Assembly: GCF_001447785.1 (NCBI RefSeq)
Contig: NW_015167062.1
Coordinates: 271,734 to 335,733 of the forward strand
Source: Gekko japonicus
Taxonomy: Eukaryota
Reading direction: 5' to 3'
DNA length: 64,000 nucleotides
Shown: positions 23,813-37,829 of the stretch, piece after piece
Numbering within the stretch: the stretch's first letter is position 1
Layout of the letters: each line of letters starts with the position of its first letter
The notes under the pieces: model-generated
Database searches by the model: none
Told to the model about the DNA's origin: nothing
Seen by the model: the letters and a program-made list of their open reading frames with translations, nothing else
Position numbers and translations under genes: made by a program

Positions 23813-25649
23813 TCACAGAAGCCAGTGAAAGTTTGCTGTAGAGGAATGTTATGCATTGCAAAGGAGACCTGAGAATCTTTACAGAGGCAATTTGGCTCAC
23901 ACCTCATGGGGAGTAATACTACATAGGTCTACTCCAATAAGTCAAATTTTACTCTTTGGTTGGGGCTTACTCCCAGGGAAGTGTTCTTAGGCTGTAACTG
24001 GTAACTGAGAGTCTGCTTAGTCTTATCGTTCCCCTAAACAACTCAGGTTCCTTCAGCTCCCCCATCTTGCAATCCTTATCCATTATTGCTCTTGGACACT
24101 GAGATCTTAAGCAGAGTTATATTTTTCTATGTTTATTGATGTCTACAGGCTTAGAAAGGTACAAATCTGGTTACAATGGCACTGTGAATTTTCTAGACTT
24201 CCTCCCCCTTTTCTTAAAAAAGGGTGCCAATCAAAACTGGATCCAGCTGGGGCCCATCCAGATGTCAAGAGAAGGGATCCATTAACTTCCATCCATCAAT
24301 GCAACTCCAAATGACATTCCACTACTTCACAATGCATTTATCTTTTCATCTTAATGTGTTCCAAATTGATTACAGGCTGATGCAAAAAGCCAATTGCCAA
24401 TTGGTGGGAACTGAAAGGAAACTGATTGCAACAGGAGAGTGCTGTTCACTTCATGACCACAAATAAAGCTAGGTTTTAGCAGCATGCCCATAGATGGATG
24501 GTTGCTAAGACCATCCCACTTACCTCTGGTTATTAATTGACAAAGAGAAACTGGTCCCCACTTACTACTGTTTTGTCCTTGAAGGGTCTTGCAGCACCTT
24601 CTTGGAGCACAAACAACATAAACCACAGGTAATCTTACACTTTCACTGCCAAGGAAGCATTCATAAACTCAATGGGACTTTCTTCTAAGTAATCATATGT
24701 TGATTTATGCTGAATGGGACTGGAATTCTCTAGAGATGAACACACTCCTGAAACCTCTTCTCCAAAGTCCCCTTTGCAAATTATTATATTGAGTATTTTT
24801 AGAGCCTCTATCAAACTGCTTGAATATTTACAAAATATATTTGCAGACATTTGTTTCTGCTCTGCTGGTGGGAGGGAATGGCTACTACTTAAGTAGCTTT
24901 AATAGATGATTAGACATATTTAGAGAAAATAGATCAATTGGTGTTAGTTGGGATAGCTAAATGGAACTAGAGTTGCCAGCTGGCTGGAGAAATACATCCA
25001 GTTCCTTTAAGAAAAGGTTAATAGAATGTTATTTACCAGGTTATATTATTATTTACCTCCATGCCATGAAAAAGCTTCAACTACCCACTTCTATATATTA
25101 ATCCTTTATTAAAAGGATGGACCATTTTTCTTCAGGCCTGTTAGCAGCCAAAAATGAAACTTCCATATTTAAAGGCAATATACCTCAGAAACAGATACTG
25201 GGGATAAATAGCAGAAGAAAACATCTACTTTCATATCATTTTTGTGGTTTTCTCATCTCCTAAAATTTCCCAACCTGAAGTTGTCAGTCCTATGTCTTTT
25301 TATGCCCGAAATATATATAAATGACCTACTCAATGAACTTTGAAAGCTGTAACTCTGACTGCACTGTAAAATTATCTAACTACAGCACTGGTGTCAAGTT
25401 TAACTCAAGCCTCAAACCAAGCTAAAGTCTGCAAACAGAACTGCTTGTTAACCAGCATACCAAACTCCCACTTGAATATGCAGTTTGAAACAGTGTTTTG
25501 CATAGCTATAATTGTAAAAACAATTTGTTCCAAATAAACTTAGAATCCCATTTGTCTGTTTCACATTATGCTTTGGCTTTTTTTTTGCGAGAGGATTTAT
25601 TTTGCCTATTTCCGTCTGCACCACTGTCTTCCTTTCACGCAGAAGAGTG

Positions 25650-25664
25650 ATTTGCATGACAATG
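25650..25664 (-). promoter_or_regulatory. Canonical Sox-Oct composite motif
   Basis: ATTTGCATGACAATG is the reverse complement of CATTGTCATGCAAAT. Confidence 0.5.
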
Positions 25665-25859
25665 GGCCTCCTTGCCTTTTTAGAGGTCACCTCCTCCGGC
25701 TGCCTATTCCGCCCCTAAAGTCATAATCCTCTGCCTGTGACATCACAATTAGCTTCTGAGGAGATGATTACAGTCACAAACAAAGGATTATGACTTCAGG
25801 TGGCTGATAAGCAGTGAGAACAGATGAGTTCCGGGGGGCGGGGGTCTCATTTTTCATGC
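25654..25859. repeat. Degenerate ~205-bp palindrome (ancient MITE-like hairpin)
   Basis: aagtcataatcctctgcctgtgac (25718-25741) pairs with gtcacaaacaaaggattatgactt (25773-25796). The outer arms gcatgacaatgggcc / ggtctcatttttcatgc share the same centre at ~25757. Confidence 0.75.
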
Positions 25860-26151
25860 TGTTATTTATATAAAGCAGGNNNNNNNNNNNNNNNNNNNNN
25901 NNNNNNNNNNNNNCCATGTCAGAAAATATTTCCAGACTAAGCACTTTCTCCAGAGGTGTCAGCAGCTTCTTAGCACTTCTTTGTTAATTGTAGTGATTTA
26001 ATTAGCTTCCAAATAAATGCTGCTTGATAGCTTCAGGGGATTGAAAATATTCACTGTGAAATGCTTTAAGCTGGAGTATCCCTTAAAAGCATTTCCATTT
26101 CAGATGCTGCAGTGTAATGTTAGTCTTCATGTGACTTAAATAATAAAATAG

Positions 26152-26238
26152 CAGTGCAATCTTAAGAAGTGTTATGCCCTCCTAAGGCCATTGATTTCAG
26201 TGGATTTTAAAGGGTATAACTCTATTCAGGATTGCACT
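26152..26238. mobile_element. Short palindromic MITE (cagtgcaatc...gattgcact); related copies at ~6890-6941 and 48578-48670
   Basis: Inverted termini, with three similar copies in the window. Confidence 0.65.
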
Positions 26239-27479
26239 AAAGTCGTGCGTGGCACTTGGCAACAGTAACCTAAATTAGAGATCCTGGTTCTAGACATTTT
26301 TTGTGGGAATTCAGCTATAAATGGAGTAAAGAAAAAGAATAGGGCAGAAGAACCATCAAATTAGGATAGTCAGATGAAAAAATATTGCATTTAAATCTAT
26401 AAAAGCTTAAAAATATTACTTTTAGTCAAAGAATAATTTTATGTAACCTGTATAGTTCAGAACCTGTTATTTTTTATGGTCCCCAGACTGTAATTTGTCA
26501 GGAGATAGTCATCAGTACCTGACAGAGGTCTAGAAGCTAGAGATGCCACTCAAATCCTATTTTTACAAGATTTTGTAGAGAATCAAGGGTTCTACTTTGA
26601 CACAACTTGAAAATTCATTGGAAGGTTCAGAGAGTTCCAGAATACTTCACACTGCCCTGAGATCATTGTAGGAATAAGTGAAATAAAAATATGACAAGTA
26701 GTTAGACAGTGACAGATCATTTCTGAAAAAAATCAGTTTCATCATTGACCTCAGCCCTCTGTGTATAAACAATAAGGCACAGTGGGTGTTCTAAGCTCCC
26801 CCCTACCCCCAGAATAGCAATCTCAGAATCCAAAAAATTCTAGAATTTCGGTGGAAGATGGACTGGGAAACCTAGTACAGGAGGTTTGTTTGTCCTTTCC
26901 CCCCTCCCGGGGATTAACCAAATATCTGTGTGTCTACTTAAAATAATAATAACCCACCAGAAACATTTAAGTGCAGTGAAGCCTTTTGCAATACATGATG
27001 GACCACGGATGTCTTGTAAAAGTTTCATTGACAGCATGTAGTAAAATTGTTGGTGAAATTATGGGTGAAATTGCTGCCGTATGGCTTTTAGACCCATGAT
27101 TTTGAAACAAATATTCCTTGTGCAACAATCTCTTACATCTTTTCTTTAAACACAGCCAATAATTTACATTTCAAGACCATTGCGTCTGAGGAAGTGTGCA
27201 TGCAGACAAAAGCTCATACCATGGTTTGTATCCAGCCGAACACCAATGGAAGGTACTAGGCAAATATGGATTCTCCTTCCATAATTTCTTCTTTCCCCAC
27301 CAGTCTCTGAAGACCCTCAGAAAGATTGTGCTTGGAGTAATGGGACCAATGTGGACAAAAAACTGGGAGGGGGATTGCTGCAGTGAGAAGAGGAGAATCT
27401 TCCATAACTAGAGGCCCATATGTAGAAGAGGGGACAAATTTGCCCAATTTCTCCTCCTCCCTAAAGCCTATTGATTTTC

Positions 27480-28386
27480 ATGATGAGGGGAACGATGTTA
27501 CAGGCCTGTCAGTTTGACATCAATACCTGGAAAAATTCTAGAGCAGATTATTAAACCAATGCTGTAGACAGTGTATCTAGATTTCAGTAAAGCATTTGAC
27601 AAAGTTTCTCATGAAATCCTTGAGGATAAGTTGGTTAAGTGTGGGCTGGATGGTGCAACTGTTGGATGGATCATGGTTGGTTGAAAAATCGTACCCAACG
27701 AGTGCTTGTAAATGGCTCTGCATCTACATGAAGGGAAGTCTCGAGTGGAGTGCCACAAGGCTTGGTCCTGGGCCCAGTGTTGTTCAATGTTTTTATAAAT
27801 GACCTGGAGGAAGAATAGAGGGGACGCTTATCAAATTTGCAGATGACACGAAGCTGGGTGGGCTTGCTAATTCTGAAGAAGACAGAGTCAGGATTCAAAA
27901 TTATCTAGATAGGCTGGAACAGTGGGCTGAGACAAATAGAATGAATTTCAGTAGAGATAAGTGCAAAGTCCTACATTTAGGTACAAAAAGTAAAAGGCAC
28001 AGATATAGAATGGGAGGGACTTGACAGCACCACCTGTGAAAGGGATCTAGGTGTTCTAGTTGATCACAGGCTAAACATGAGCCTGCAGTGCGATGTGACT
28101 GTGAAGAAAGGTAATGCAATCTTAGGATGCATGAACAGAAGCATTGTGTCCAGATCAAGGGAGGTGGTAGTTCCATTCTATTCTGCTATGGTCACGTCTC
28201 ACCTGGAGTACTGTGGCCAGTTTTAGGCACCACATTAAAGGAAGGATGTTGACAAGCTCGAGCATGTCCAGAAGAGGGCTGGACGACCATCTTTCGGGTA
28301 TGTTGTAGGGCTATCTTTCGGCTATGCTCCTGCAGAGTGCAGGGGGTTGGACTAGATGAAACTCTAACATTCTATGATTCTATGAT
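27480..28386 (+). mobile_element. CR1 LINE 3' fragment
   Basis: YLDFSKAFDKV, SGVPQG.VLGPVLFN, KFADDTKL motifs; terminus attctatgattctatgat. Confidence 0.93.
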
Positions 28387-28859
28387 GTCCATGTTGCACT
28401 GGTAGTTGCTTAGTTACAGCCCTGTGTTTTACATCTGAAAAAGACAATGCATTAAAATGATGTGCATTAAAATATGTTGAATAATAAAACTATATACAGC
28501 TATTCCTAGTACTGGTATTAAAGGTCTTTCCCTTTGGGGGGCAAATAACACATAGACTATTTTCAATTAGATGCTCAAATCTTCAGCATAATGAAAAAAA
28601 GAACTAATATTATAGCACAGGTTGCTTAGCAGAAGATATTCTTCTGGTTGCTTCTGGCCCAATGAATGCATTCACATAACATATTTTGAAGCAAGGAAAT
28701 ATTCATTATTAAAGGTCCCATGCCAATTCAACCTTTCCATTTAGTGTGATTAGTAAAAGAAATCTTAGATACATCAAGATCTTGTATGTTGGAATTAGAT
28801 ACTATTAGATTCTATTTCATTAGAATATCAGCACAGGCAAGAACTCAGACTAAAGTAAA

Positions 28860-29420
28860 AGTAACAACTGGATTTTCAGCGCTTGAAGAAGCTTTCACTT
28901 TGATGTTGCTGAAACATAATAACTTCACTCAAAACCTTTTCAGCATTTAATAGTGCACAAATGATAATTAATTGATTTAAATCTACCTTGATGAGAGAAG
29001 CCAAGGAGCTCAGATTAATCCTTCATTCTCTCAAATTTCCTCTTGCCCAGAGGATATTCCAGTGCGTTCAGTACTCAGCCCCCTATTGGGTTTAATTTAT
29101 ATAAATGATCTGTTGCTTCCCCTCACACAATTGTAGTGGGTACTAGGCATACATGCAAATTAGAGTCGGGCTGGTGGTAATGAACTACACAGCAGACGCT
29201 CTCCACACGGGCTACTGCTAATGCTGATTTAATTATTTCCTCAAGAAATGTTACATTCAAGAAGTTTTCTCTTCAAGTATTGTCCAAGCCACAGCCAGAT
29301 GCTGAAGGAAAAGTTAAAGTATTAGAATTGAGGGAGTTTTGTATTTCAAGGCCCTTGAGGGAATTTGTGGAGAACAGCACAATAAATAATGATCTATGCT
29401 TATTTAAAACTCAACACCTC
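28860..29420. promoter_or_regulatory. Candidate conserved non-coding element
   Basis: Unique sequence with tgataattaattgatttaa, agattaatcc, an atgcaaat octamer (29153) and tgatttaatta. Confidence 0.4.
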
Positions 29421-29539
29421 ATAAAACATATTGTCTAGAATACAGTAGTATCCAACATTAGACCTATATAGAAGGTATCATAAACCTAAATACCAAGAAT
29501 CATCTGTTTTCACCTGAAAGATTCAAATCCAATCAACTT

Positions 29540-29980
29540 TTCAGCATCTCAGTTTGTTTTATGGCATTAGTTCAAAGCCATGGCAAAACAGTAAAAACAG
29601 ACAAACAAACAAAAAAGACAATCACAATATCAAGTAAAATCCATAAAATATCCATTAAAGGATTAAAATACATCATAAGCATTTAAAACATAACCTTTAT
29701 AGCTAAAAGAAGCATAATATCTTACTATTCATATAATGATCAGGAGCGATCCAGGTAAAGCCAATGAACTATTCATTGACCAAATTTGCATGAGAGGGTT
29801 TTGACTGTATCTTTATAACCTGGGCCACAAACTTTGCCAGTTGTAGGGTTGTCCAGTTATCTCGGTCTGCAAGTAATATCACCAGCCTGTTCTTGTCAGC
29901 TATGCTGCCATAATGTTTATGGACTAGAGTGCATCTGCTTGACCTGTGTACCAACTGATGCTGCATTCCTTCCTCCTTTT
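29540..29980 (-). mobile_element. RTEX-like LINE 3' end
   Basis: Minus ORF ...LLADRDNWTTLQLAKFVAQVIK, matching the LL.D...T..VAKF C-terminal motif. Confidence 0.5.
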
Positions 29981-31882
29981 TATCTCTGACCTTGTAAGCT
30001 GCCTATGTAGTGTCTGGCCATCATTTACCCGTGGGATTACTTTCGATTCCCAGCTTAGGCTGTAATGGCCTGGGGCCCCATTCTCCCCGTGCACGGGAGT
30101 CTGGCCGATTGGCCAAGGAGTGGGGGGTGCATACGAATACCCTATATCCCATTATGCTTGTAGGAGTGTAGCTATTCCTAACAGTGACAATGTTAGTGCA
30201 TCTATAGCTCTAGCAATAAAGTATAACCTTATGATAAGTGTGTACTCTTTTGTTTGGCTGTGGAACCTGACAGTTCTGGTCTGATCTCTCTGAGCATTGT
30301 GATAAAATATTCCCAAGATATCTTTCATGGTCTACTGAAAATCTTGGACACACAAAAAAAAATCATATGAGTCTGATCCTCAATGGACCTATTGTCATGG
30401 GGCTGACTTGGTCACTATATGGGGTTGCATTAGAATGACCTCTTACCATTGCCAATTGTAAACAGCCAGACATGTCCTAATAAAGGCCTTTCTATGTTCG
30501 AAATTTGATAAATTAGTAAAATAGTCCGGAAGTGTTGGGGGGGTGCTTGAAAAGAGAGGCAGTTCTTAGAGTACCTAGTAATCCAGTATCAACTTTGACA
30601 CTTAAATCCAACATTCTTTTAATTGAATGTTTAGCTGCCAAGAAACCAAGCCTCCTTAGAGATTCCTCTGAGAATCCAAGTTTGGCCACTACATTACTAT
30701 ATTATTTCTCCATAAGTTAGCTTTCATCTCATCATAATGTTACCCAAAATGGACCCAAACAAAGGGAAACTAGATTTAAAAAGGGTTCCAGAAAGGAATA
30801 ATGCAGGATATTGGTTTGTGTATACCAAGGGTAGATCTCGGTAGGGGTACCCCACAATAAAGTTATGAAGAAAGAGTGGGAAGCAAATGAAGGAGTAATG
30901 GTAAATACAAATATCTTTATTGTATACAGAATAGAATAAAAGGAAAAAAATGCAAAGAACCTACATTAAGCATCTAAGAGCTACTTCCCTAAGCAATCAC
31001 ACACAAGCAAGCAAGAGGGTACTCTTGATAAAAAGGAAAAGGGAGGAAACTTGGATATTTTAGGGAAGGGACATGCAACTTGAAATCCTGGGCTTTAGAT
31101 CTGGAGAGGTCCAGAGCAAACACAGCTGAAGTCCATGGAGCAGAGTGAAGGCGGGTGGGAGGACACCTGTAACACGGTTGCAGGGATGTTGAGGTAGTGG
31201 GCAAACACAGCACACTTTCCATTGAGTTGGGATGGTCTTTTTATGGGAAGAATCCCATAGCTAGACATGTTCCCAGAAACATGATTGGTTCAAGATATGA
31301 GGTTTGAATTTGACTAGGCAGCTTGAAGGTAACCACTGTCAAAAACCGGCAGGAAGATTAGTAGGAACATTTGTGACATTCCAAGGTGGGCTGATCATTG
31401 GACACTTTTAGAATATTGACAAAGAACTGGGAATGAATGATGGGTTTAAATGTCTTCCTGATGGCCCATCCTGGGTGATTCAGATGTTAGGCTGCCTTTA
31501 TCAGTGCATGGATAGGATTAGCCATCCATTTCCAGCTTTACAGCTGGTTCAGCCACGAACCACAAACCGAACCACAAAAATGTTGTTCATGCCCATCCCT
31601 AATTAGGAACTGCTAATAATATCTGAGCAAATTTGTTTTGAATAACTTCTAGCGGCTGTAAATTTCCAACCCCCCAAATCAGTGCACCATACAACAACTG
31701 ATGAAGAACTGTTCAATATGGTTCAATTCCTAAAAAAAAGTGGCAAAAATTAACATAAATTGCTCATTAACCTCAAAACTCTGATGCAAAGGTTTGCAAA
31801 GTTAGTTCTCAAATGCCCATACTTAGGCTGGCTAGTACCACACATCATTTTTTTAACCATTGATACATCAGAGCCACTAAGT

Positions 31883-32190
31883 CAGGGGTCCCCAAGCTTC
31901 CCGAATCTGCAGACACCTTTGAATTATGACACAAGATGGTGGGCACAATCACAAAATAGTAGCTCCATGAGGCAGAGCCAAACACAGAATGTCAGGGAGG
32001 AAGGTTATATATAACTCTAATTGGAACATCAACATTTCAGGCAGAAGTCTGTTTGACAGCATGCCTTTTTACCTGCACAGCCATTTGGAAGCCCCAGCAG
32101 CTCCACTCACTTTCTAAATCACTTAGTGAGTGCCAGGAAAGGTGTTGGTGGCCACCATGGAGCCCATGGGCACCACATTGGTGACACCTG
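31883..32190. mobile_element. hAT (Charlie-like) MITE
   Basis: TIRs caggggtccccaa / ttggtgacacctg; TSD CACTAAGT/AACTAAGT. Confidence 0.8.
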
Positions 32191-33559
32191 AACTAAGTCA
32201 ACAAGCCATGAACTAAACCAACAGGGCCATCCCTGCCCCACTATAGACCCACAAGTTACTATGTGGGCTAGAGTTAGGGGGGCAGGACTCCTTCTATAGC
32301 CAGGAGTGATGCATTGTGGAGATGTTCCAGGAGCCACCCAAAACCTTATGGTTTAGCCACAAAGTTTCAGGTGAATCCTAGCACATCACCCCAATGTTAT
32401 GATGTCACTTCTGGTTTTGCACTGGAACAATACCACATGTTGCCTAGCCAGAGTACACACAGACCCTAGAAATATCCATATGTGAATATGACTCCTCCTC
32501 TGGTTGTAAACGAATTCCATACTGAATTAGTCCTGTGTGAGGAAACAAACCTTTCTCCTGCACCGCAACTCCTTGTCTAGGAAGCTGCTAGCCAAAGTAA
32601 ATGAAAATCAATTCTACCAGAATGACCCACAAACTAGTAATAAGGGGTTTATGACTAAGTGGGGAAACACCCCTGAAATTTTGGAAGAAAGATTGAAATG
32701 CTGATATGGTAAAAATAAGAAATAAAGATCTTTCTGGCGAATAATGCAGATATATGGGATGGGGGAGGTCCATCTTGAATCCAATGCCAATTAGGAGGAC
32801 CAAGCATCCAGGTAGCAATTAAAATCCAAAGGAGAGAAAGCTAAGGCATATATGGCATGAATACAGATGGTTGGGTGGCAGTCAAAACAACATTATGGGA
32901 ATGGTTTCTATCCCTTAGAGAACCCAAAGCAGTCTCTTTCTCTCACTCTCTTGATAGAGAAAGAGAAATATAGATATAGATACAGATATAGATATAAATT
33001 GGTGCCAGCATTGTACCCAGATTAGACAAAGTGAAGAGGGGGGTTGTCTGGGATCCTGGTAATATTTTCAAATAAGGTATAAGAGGGGACAGTTCTAGAA
33101 GAGGAGGGGAAATGTTTGGGGGGCAGGTTCTGACACAGCAAAAAAAAAAGTTTTCGCAGGCACTTCATATTGCACGACTTGAAACTGGTGGACAACTAGT
33201 CCACACTAGCAAATATAACAGAGACTGACCTAAACATGGACATAGATCTTGGATTTAGATAATAGAAATCACTTGAGCTATTGAGTACATTTAGATTCTC
33301 GGATTAATGATCATAAATCCATTAGATGGTAATGTATACTTCAAATGTGAAAATATAGCTTGTTCTGAGGTGGCCCATGCTGAGTCTGCCAGTCTCTTGA
33401 CCGTCAGGTCATGCACATAAGCATTCTCATGCATACAGGACCTAAGCCTGAGTTCTGGAGGATCTTTTAAGTCTACTGTATACACAGCTCAGGCTACACT
33501 TCAATTTTCAGCAGTGTGGAGAAAGGAATAATAGAGCAAGAGACATATACTTGAACAGG

Positions 33560-34540
33560 CAATTTAGTTTCAGAGGGCAGCTGTGCTGATCTGCAGTAGA
33601 AAAGCTAGATTCCGGTCCAGGAGCACTTTAGAGACCATCAAGGTTTTTGGAGTATGAGCTTTTGAGAGTCAAATCAAGCTTCTTCTCCATTGAGGGATTT
33701 GGAGGCAATAAGCACACAAGTGGTGAAGGCAAACAGTTTTATTGAAATCTCTCTGGTAATGCACAGAAAATAAATCGACAAGTCATAAAAACAAAATAGA
33801 GAATATACGCTGACTTCCCTTCTGCTAATCAAAACTCCCCAAGGAATGACAGCAGGTAGATTGCAAGAACTCACCAATGTGCTCAACGCTGCTCCATGGT
33901 CCAGCTGGAGCCAAGGTTCAAATAACAAAGTGGCTCCCAGGGACTTATATATTATTCTAGGTCTCCACCTGCATGCATGCATGTGTGTTATGGGCTCTTT
34001 TTGTAGCAGGTACTCATTTGAATATTAAGCGACACACCCCTAATGTAGCCAATCCTCTAAGAGCTTACAGTAGCTCCTGTAAGAAGAGCTCTGTAAGCTC
34101 TTGGAGGATTGGCTACATTAGGGGGGTATGGCCTAATATGCAAAGGAGTTCCTGCTATGAAAAAAGCCCATCCAAGGCCAACTGATAAGCAGTGTCAGGC
34201 AGCAAGTGTCTAGTACATACACTCCCTATATTCCAGTACCAGGTGCATCAGCTTAACATATAAACAATCCACTCCCAAAACCAGAGATAAATGGGTATTA
34301 AGGATGAAAAATATGTTTTCCAGAGAGAACATCTTCAGTGACAGTAACCTCTCCAGGTCTGGCCCAGAAGGCATCTTGGGCACAGATGGAGAGACTGTGG
34401 TTCACCACTAAGTCCTCAAATTACAGCAGTCTTCCACAAAGTGCCACTGCACTGATGATGGGAGCTTTGACTCTCAACAGCTCATACCCACCAAAATCTT
34501 GTTGGGCTCTGAAGTGCTACTGGACTGGAATACAGCTGTT
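33560..34540. mobile_element. Inverted pair of Penelope-like terminal repeats (33560-33673 minus, 34450-34540 plus) enclosing later insertions
   Basis: tatgagcttttgagagtcaaa versus tttgactctcaacagctcata; hammerhead core ctgatga at 34452. Confidence 0.55.
33992..34170. mobile_element. Hairpin MITE
   Basis: TIR gggctctttttgtagcagg / cctgctatgaaaaaagccc; central palindrome cctaatgtagccaatcctctaagagcttacag...ctgtaagctcttggaggattggctacattagg. Confidence 0.8.
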
Positions 34541-34651
34541 AAACAGAATAACTTCATAGTCCTAACGAAGATGCCGAACAGTAAATAAAATAAAATAATA
34601 GGAATATAAGACAACAAATTTGACAAATTATAAACTGTAATAGCAGTCTAT

Positions 34652-35117
34652 GGCTGAGTTCAGACTGGCAGTTTGGCCTGATATAGGCACGTTTCACAAA
34701 CAGATTAAAGGGGCCGGCTCACGCAGCCACAGCTGTCCGGTGTTCCCCAGCCGTACTCAACCTGTCCTATGACGATTCCCTACCGTGTTAAAAAAGTACC
34801 AGGTGAAAGCCATAGCAAACCCTGGAGGGTGTGTTGATCCTGCTTCCCGGACGTCTGCACGCTAAAAGCCACAAACAAGCCGCATTGCTGCGGTGCTGCA
34901 CCTATGCACATAGGCGCAAGTTGCTGGAGTGAAAAAGCCGCTTACAGCCACGCCTTCGCCAGGGGTGGACCAACAGTGCAAATGCTCCCTTGTGCCTCCT
35001 CCCCGGTATGCTCCCACATCAGTAGGTGCAGTGCGACCAGGAATCCCTGGCACAACTTGGTCTGGGTCTTTTTGCCCCACCTCCCTCACACTTCATACTG
35101 CCAGTCTGTCCTCAACC
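34652..35117. mobile_element. MITE with ~21-bp TIR and 3-bp TAT flanks (PIF/Harbinger-like)
   Basis: ggctgagttcagactggcagt / actgccagtctgtcctcaacc, with TAT on both sides. Confidence 0.7.
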
Positions 35118-36179
35118 TATGTGTAGCAAACAAGACATTTACTTCGGACAATACTTGTTTCAAAGTATAGTTACTTTAAACTACTTCCTAACTACAGTTT
35201 CACCTGAAAATGTATTTCTCTCTTGTGGTGGTTCCAAAGAAACTTTCCATCCAGGCAGATTTGTCCCAGAAGGGACACAAAAACGTGCAATGGGCAAGGG
35301 GAGAAGGAGTTTGGAATACTAATAATAAAAGGGAATCCTTACCAAGGGGAAGAATGGGGGGGGGTTATGGGGAGCCAGAGTGGGGTTTTTTGGGGTTTTT
35401 TTTGTATTTTTCATGTGTGTGTGTGTGTGCTCGTGTGAGTGTGTGCACACCTGGAAGTCATGGCAACCTCTGGTGATTGACTGCATGTGCACCTGGAAGT
35501 CATGGCAACATCTGGTGACTAACCCCTACTTGGGACCTGGAAGATATTCAGAGAGGTAGCTGAATAAAGCCTCCCATACCCAGATCCGTGCCTTTTTTCT
35601 ACCACCAGCTTTTCAGGCCTTCCAAAGTCATAGACATGGATGCAACATTTTTCACTTACCACCCCATGCCTCTGGAACTAGGTGACTGCAGACAAAAATT
35701 CCTGAGTCAAAAAATATACACAAAAATTGTTCTGGGAGGGGGTCATTACTATGATTTCCTGAAATAGTTATACAAATCCAGGATTCTTAGGCATTACAAA
35801 ACACCCCCCCCCAATCCATGTTGTTTTTTCATGTTTGGGTGCTTACTGACAGTGGCATCATGTGTCTTGTTTTTCTTTGATTCTACTGATTTTCCAGGCA
35901 GTGGCATTTTCCCCTTCCAATCAGATTCTTGCAAGGGATCAGGATGTGAGTGCTCCCAGCCAATCACCTTTGCAGATAAGTCACAGAAAAGGAATTTCTG
36001 TGAAGGAATTGTCAAGCTGTGAGCACTCAGACTACTTCACATGCAGCTCCAAATTTATGCAACTAACTTCCCAGTGTGTGTGTGGGGGGGTAGGATCAGA
36101 AAAAAGGCTGGGGGTGAGAAGGAACCCCTCCATCATCCATGCCACCCACACATGTTCTTTTTTAAAAAATAAAATGTGG

Positions 36180-37270
36180 ACTATTTTCAAGATTTCAGGG
36201 ATGGGGTGGGGAAAAATATTCTGCAAAGGAAGTCTTCCTTACTTTATGAAAGAAAACAGTGGGCCACATCTAGGAAATATGGTGAGATGGACTGCCCTTA
36301 ACAACAGGTTTCCTAATGCAGCAGTTTCAGAGAGCTGGGAATTAGGAGCTTGAATAGAGAGCTTGAGGAACAGGCTTCTCCCTCCCCCCTTCCCCCTCTG
36401 ATTGGCCAGCACCAGCTGAGGAGAATTATATGATTAGCTAAGTGCTGAGTGCTTGGTTTTTTTGGAGTCATTCATCCAGTTGGTCTTTCAGAAGTCAGAC
36501 AGTCAGTCACTTGGCTTCTGACAGAGTCAGTTGGAGTCAGTGAGTCCAACAGAGTCAGTGAGACAGGTTCACATTTGCAGTGAAGGGAAATGACTCCTTG
36601 CCTTAACTGTTTGCTAGCAATTCTGTGGAAGAACTCAGTATCAGAAATAAACATCTAAGAGACAGCCTAAACTGAAGTCCATTTTACGCAGACACCAGAA
36701 GTGGGATTGAGATTTTGGCCAGGGCAATTTAGTATGCTGAAATTCCCATTCAGGCCAAAAGAAAATGGTTATATCTTCTGAGGAGAAGAGTAATAATTCC
36801 TGCCCAGTTACATGGGGTTTTCCTCTGTGGAGACCCCTGGTCTGTTGTGAAAGGAATTGGATTTAGACACCTCGGGATATTGAAATAAACTGTGGTTTCC
36901 AAAATGGGGGAGCATTTAGGTACACAAATAAAGAGACCATCTCCAGGAAACCTGCGAAAACTATATGAAGAAACGTAACGGTAACTAAAATAGTCAGATG
37001 CCTCTCACTGTTAAGATCCAAGAATATATCAAAGTAAACTTCAACAACACTATTTTGATTGTTAAAAGAAGTATAATCTGTATTAACAACAATTTTACCT
37101 CAGCATTTCCAAACCCTGACTACACCCATTCAATCTTTGCCTATTAAATAAAATCACTATTTCTGTTTGAATGTTATACCATCTCAAGTGCCATTTGAAA
37201 GTTCCTGCTTATCCCATCAAGTTCCTGGGCTGGGCTAAAAGACAAATTATGTGTCAGGGTGAGGCAGACA
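36180..37270 (+). mobile_element. Probable long LTR remnant, boundaries approximate
   Basis: ATTGG box, (gagtca) subrepeats at 36466-36560, AATAAA at 37148, ends ggcagaca. Confidence 0.35.
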
Positions 37271-37404
37271 GACTTTTAAAACAATAAGTAAATCCACAGT
37301 ACTTGGGGCTGCTCAGTCATAGTTGGGAACAAAATTTTGGCAGGAAAACCTGCTTGATAGTGGGGATGTGTCATATATGGCATATGCAGTGTTCAGAGGG
37401 AAGA

Positions 37405-37415
37405 TGGTAGATAGG

Positions 37416-37451
<36 letters not shown>

Positions 37452-37505
37452 TAGATATATAGATAGGCAGGCAGGCAAGCAAGCAAGCAGGCAAGCAGGC
37501 AAGCA
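37405..37505. repeat. Compound (GACA)/(GATA)/(GGCA)/(AGCA) microsatellite
   Basis: Seen directly. Confidence 0.95.
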
Positions 37506-37829
37506 GTCACTCTAAGACTGCATTAAAAAGGATGCAGACAGGACTTAAAAAAAAAACAATGATGGTGGTCTGTGCTCTCCTGCTGGGCAGCTGCCACTCC
37601 TCCAATAGGAATCAGTGGAGAGAAGACACCTTTTTTGGGGTGTGTGTGTAAAATTAAACTCCTTCCTTCATTCTGCTTGGAATTTAGGGGAACTTTAGAT
37701 TAGAATGGAGGACTGTGTTCTGTGCAAATTTGGTGCCATTATCTTTAAAAACAGCTGCTCCAGACTCTGAAACCAGTTCTCCATTGAAAATAAAGGTTGT
37801 AGAATTCCAGAACACTCCCCCCACAGAGT

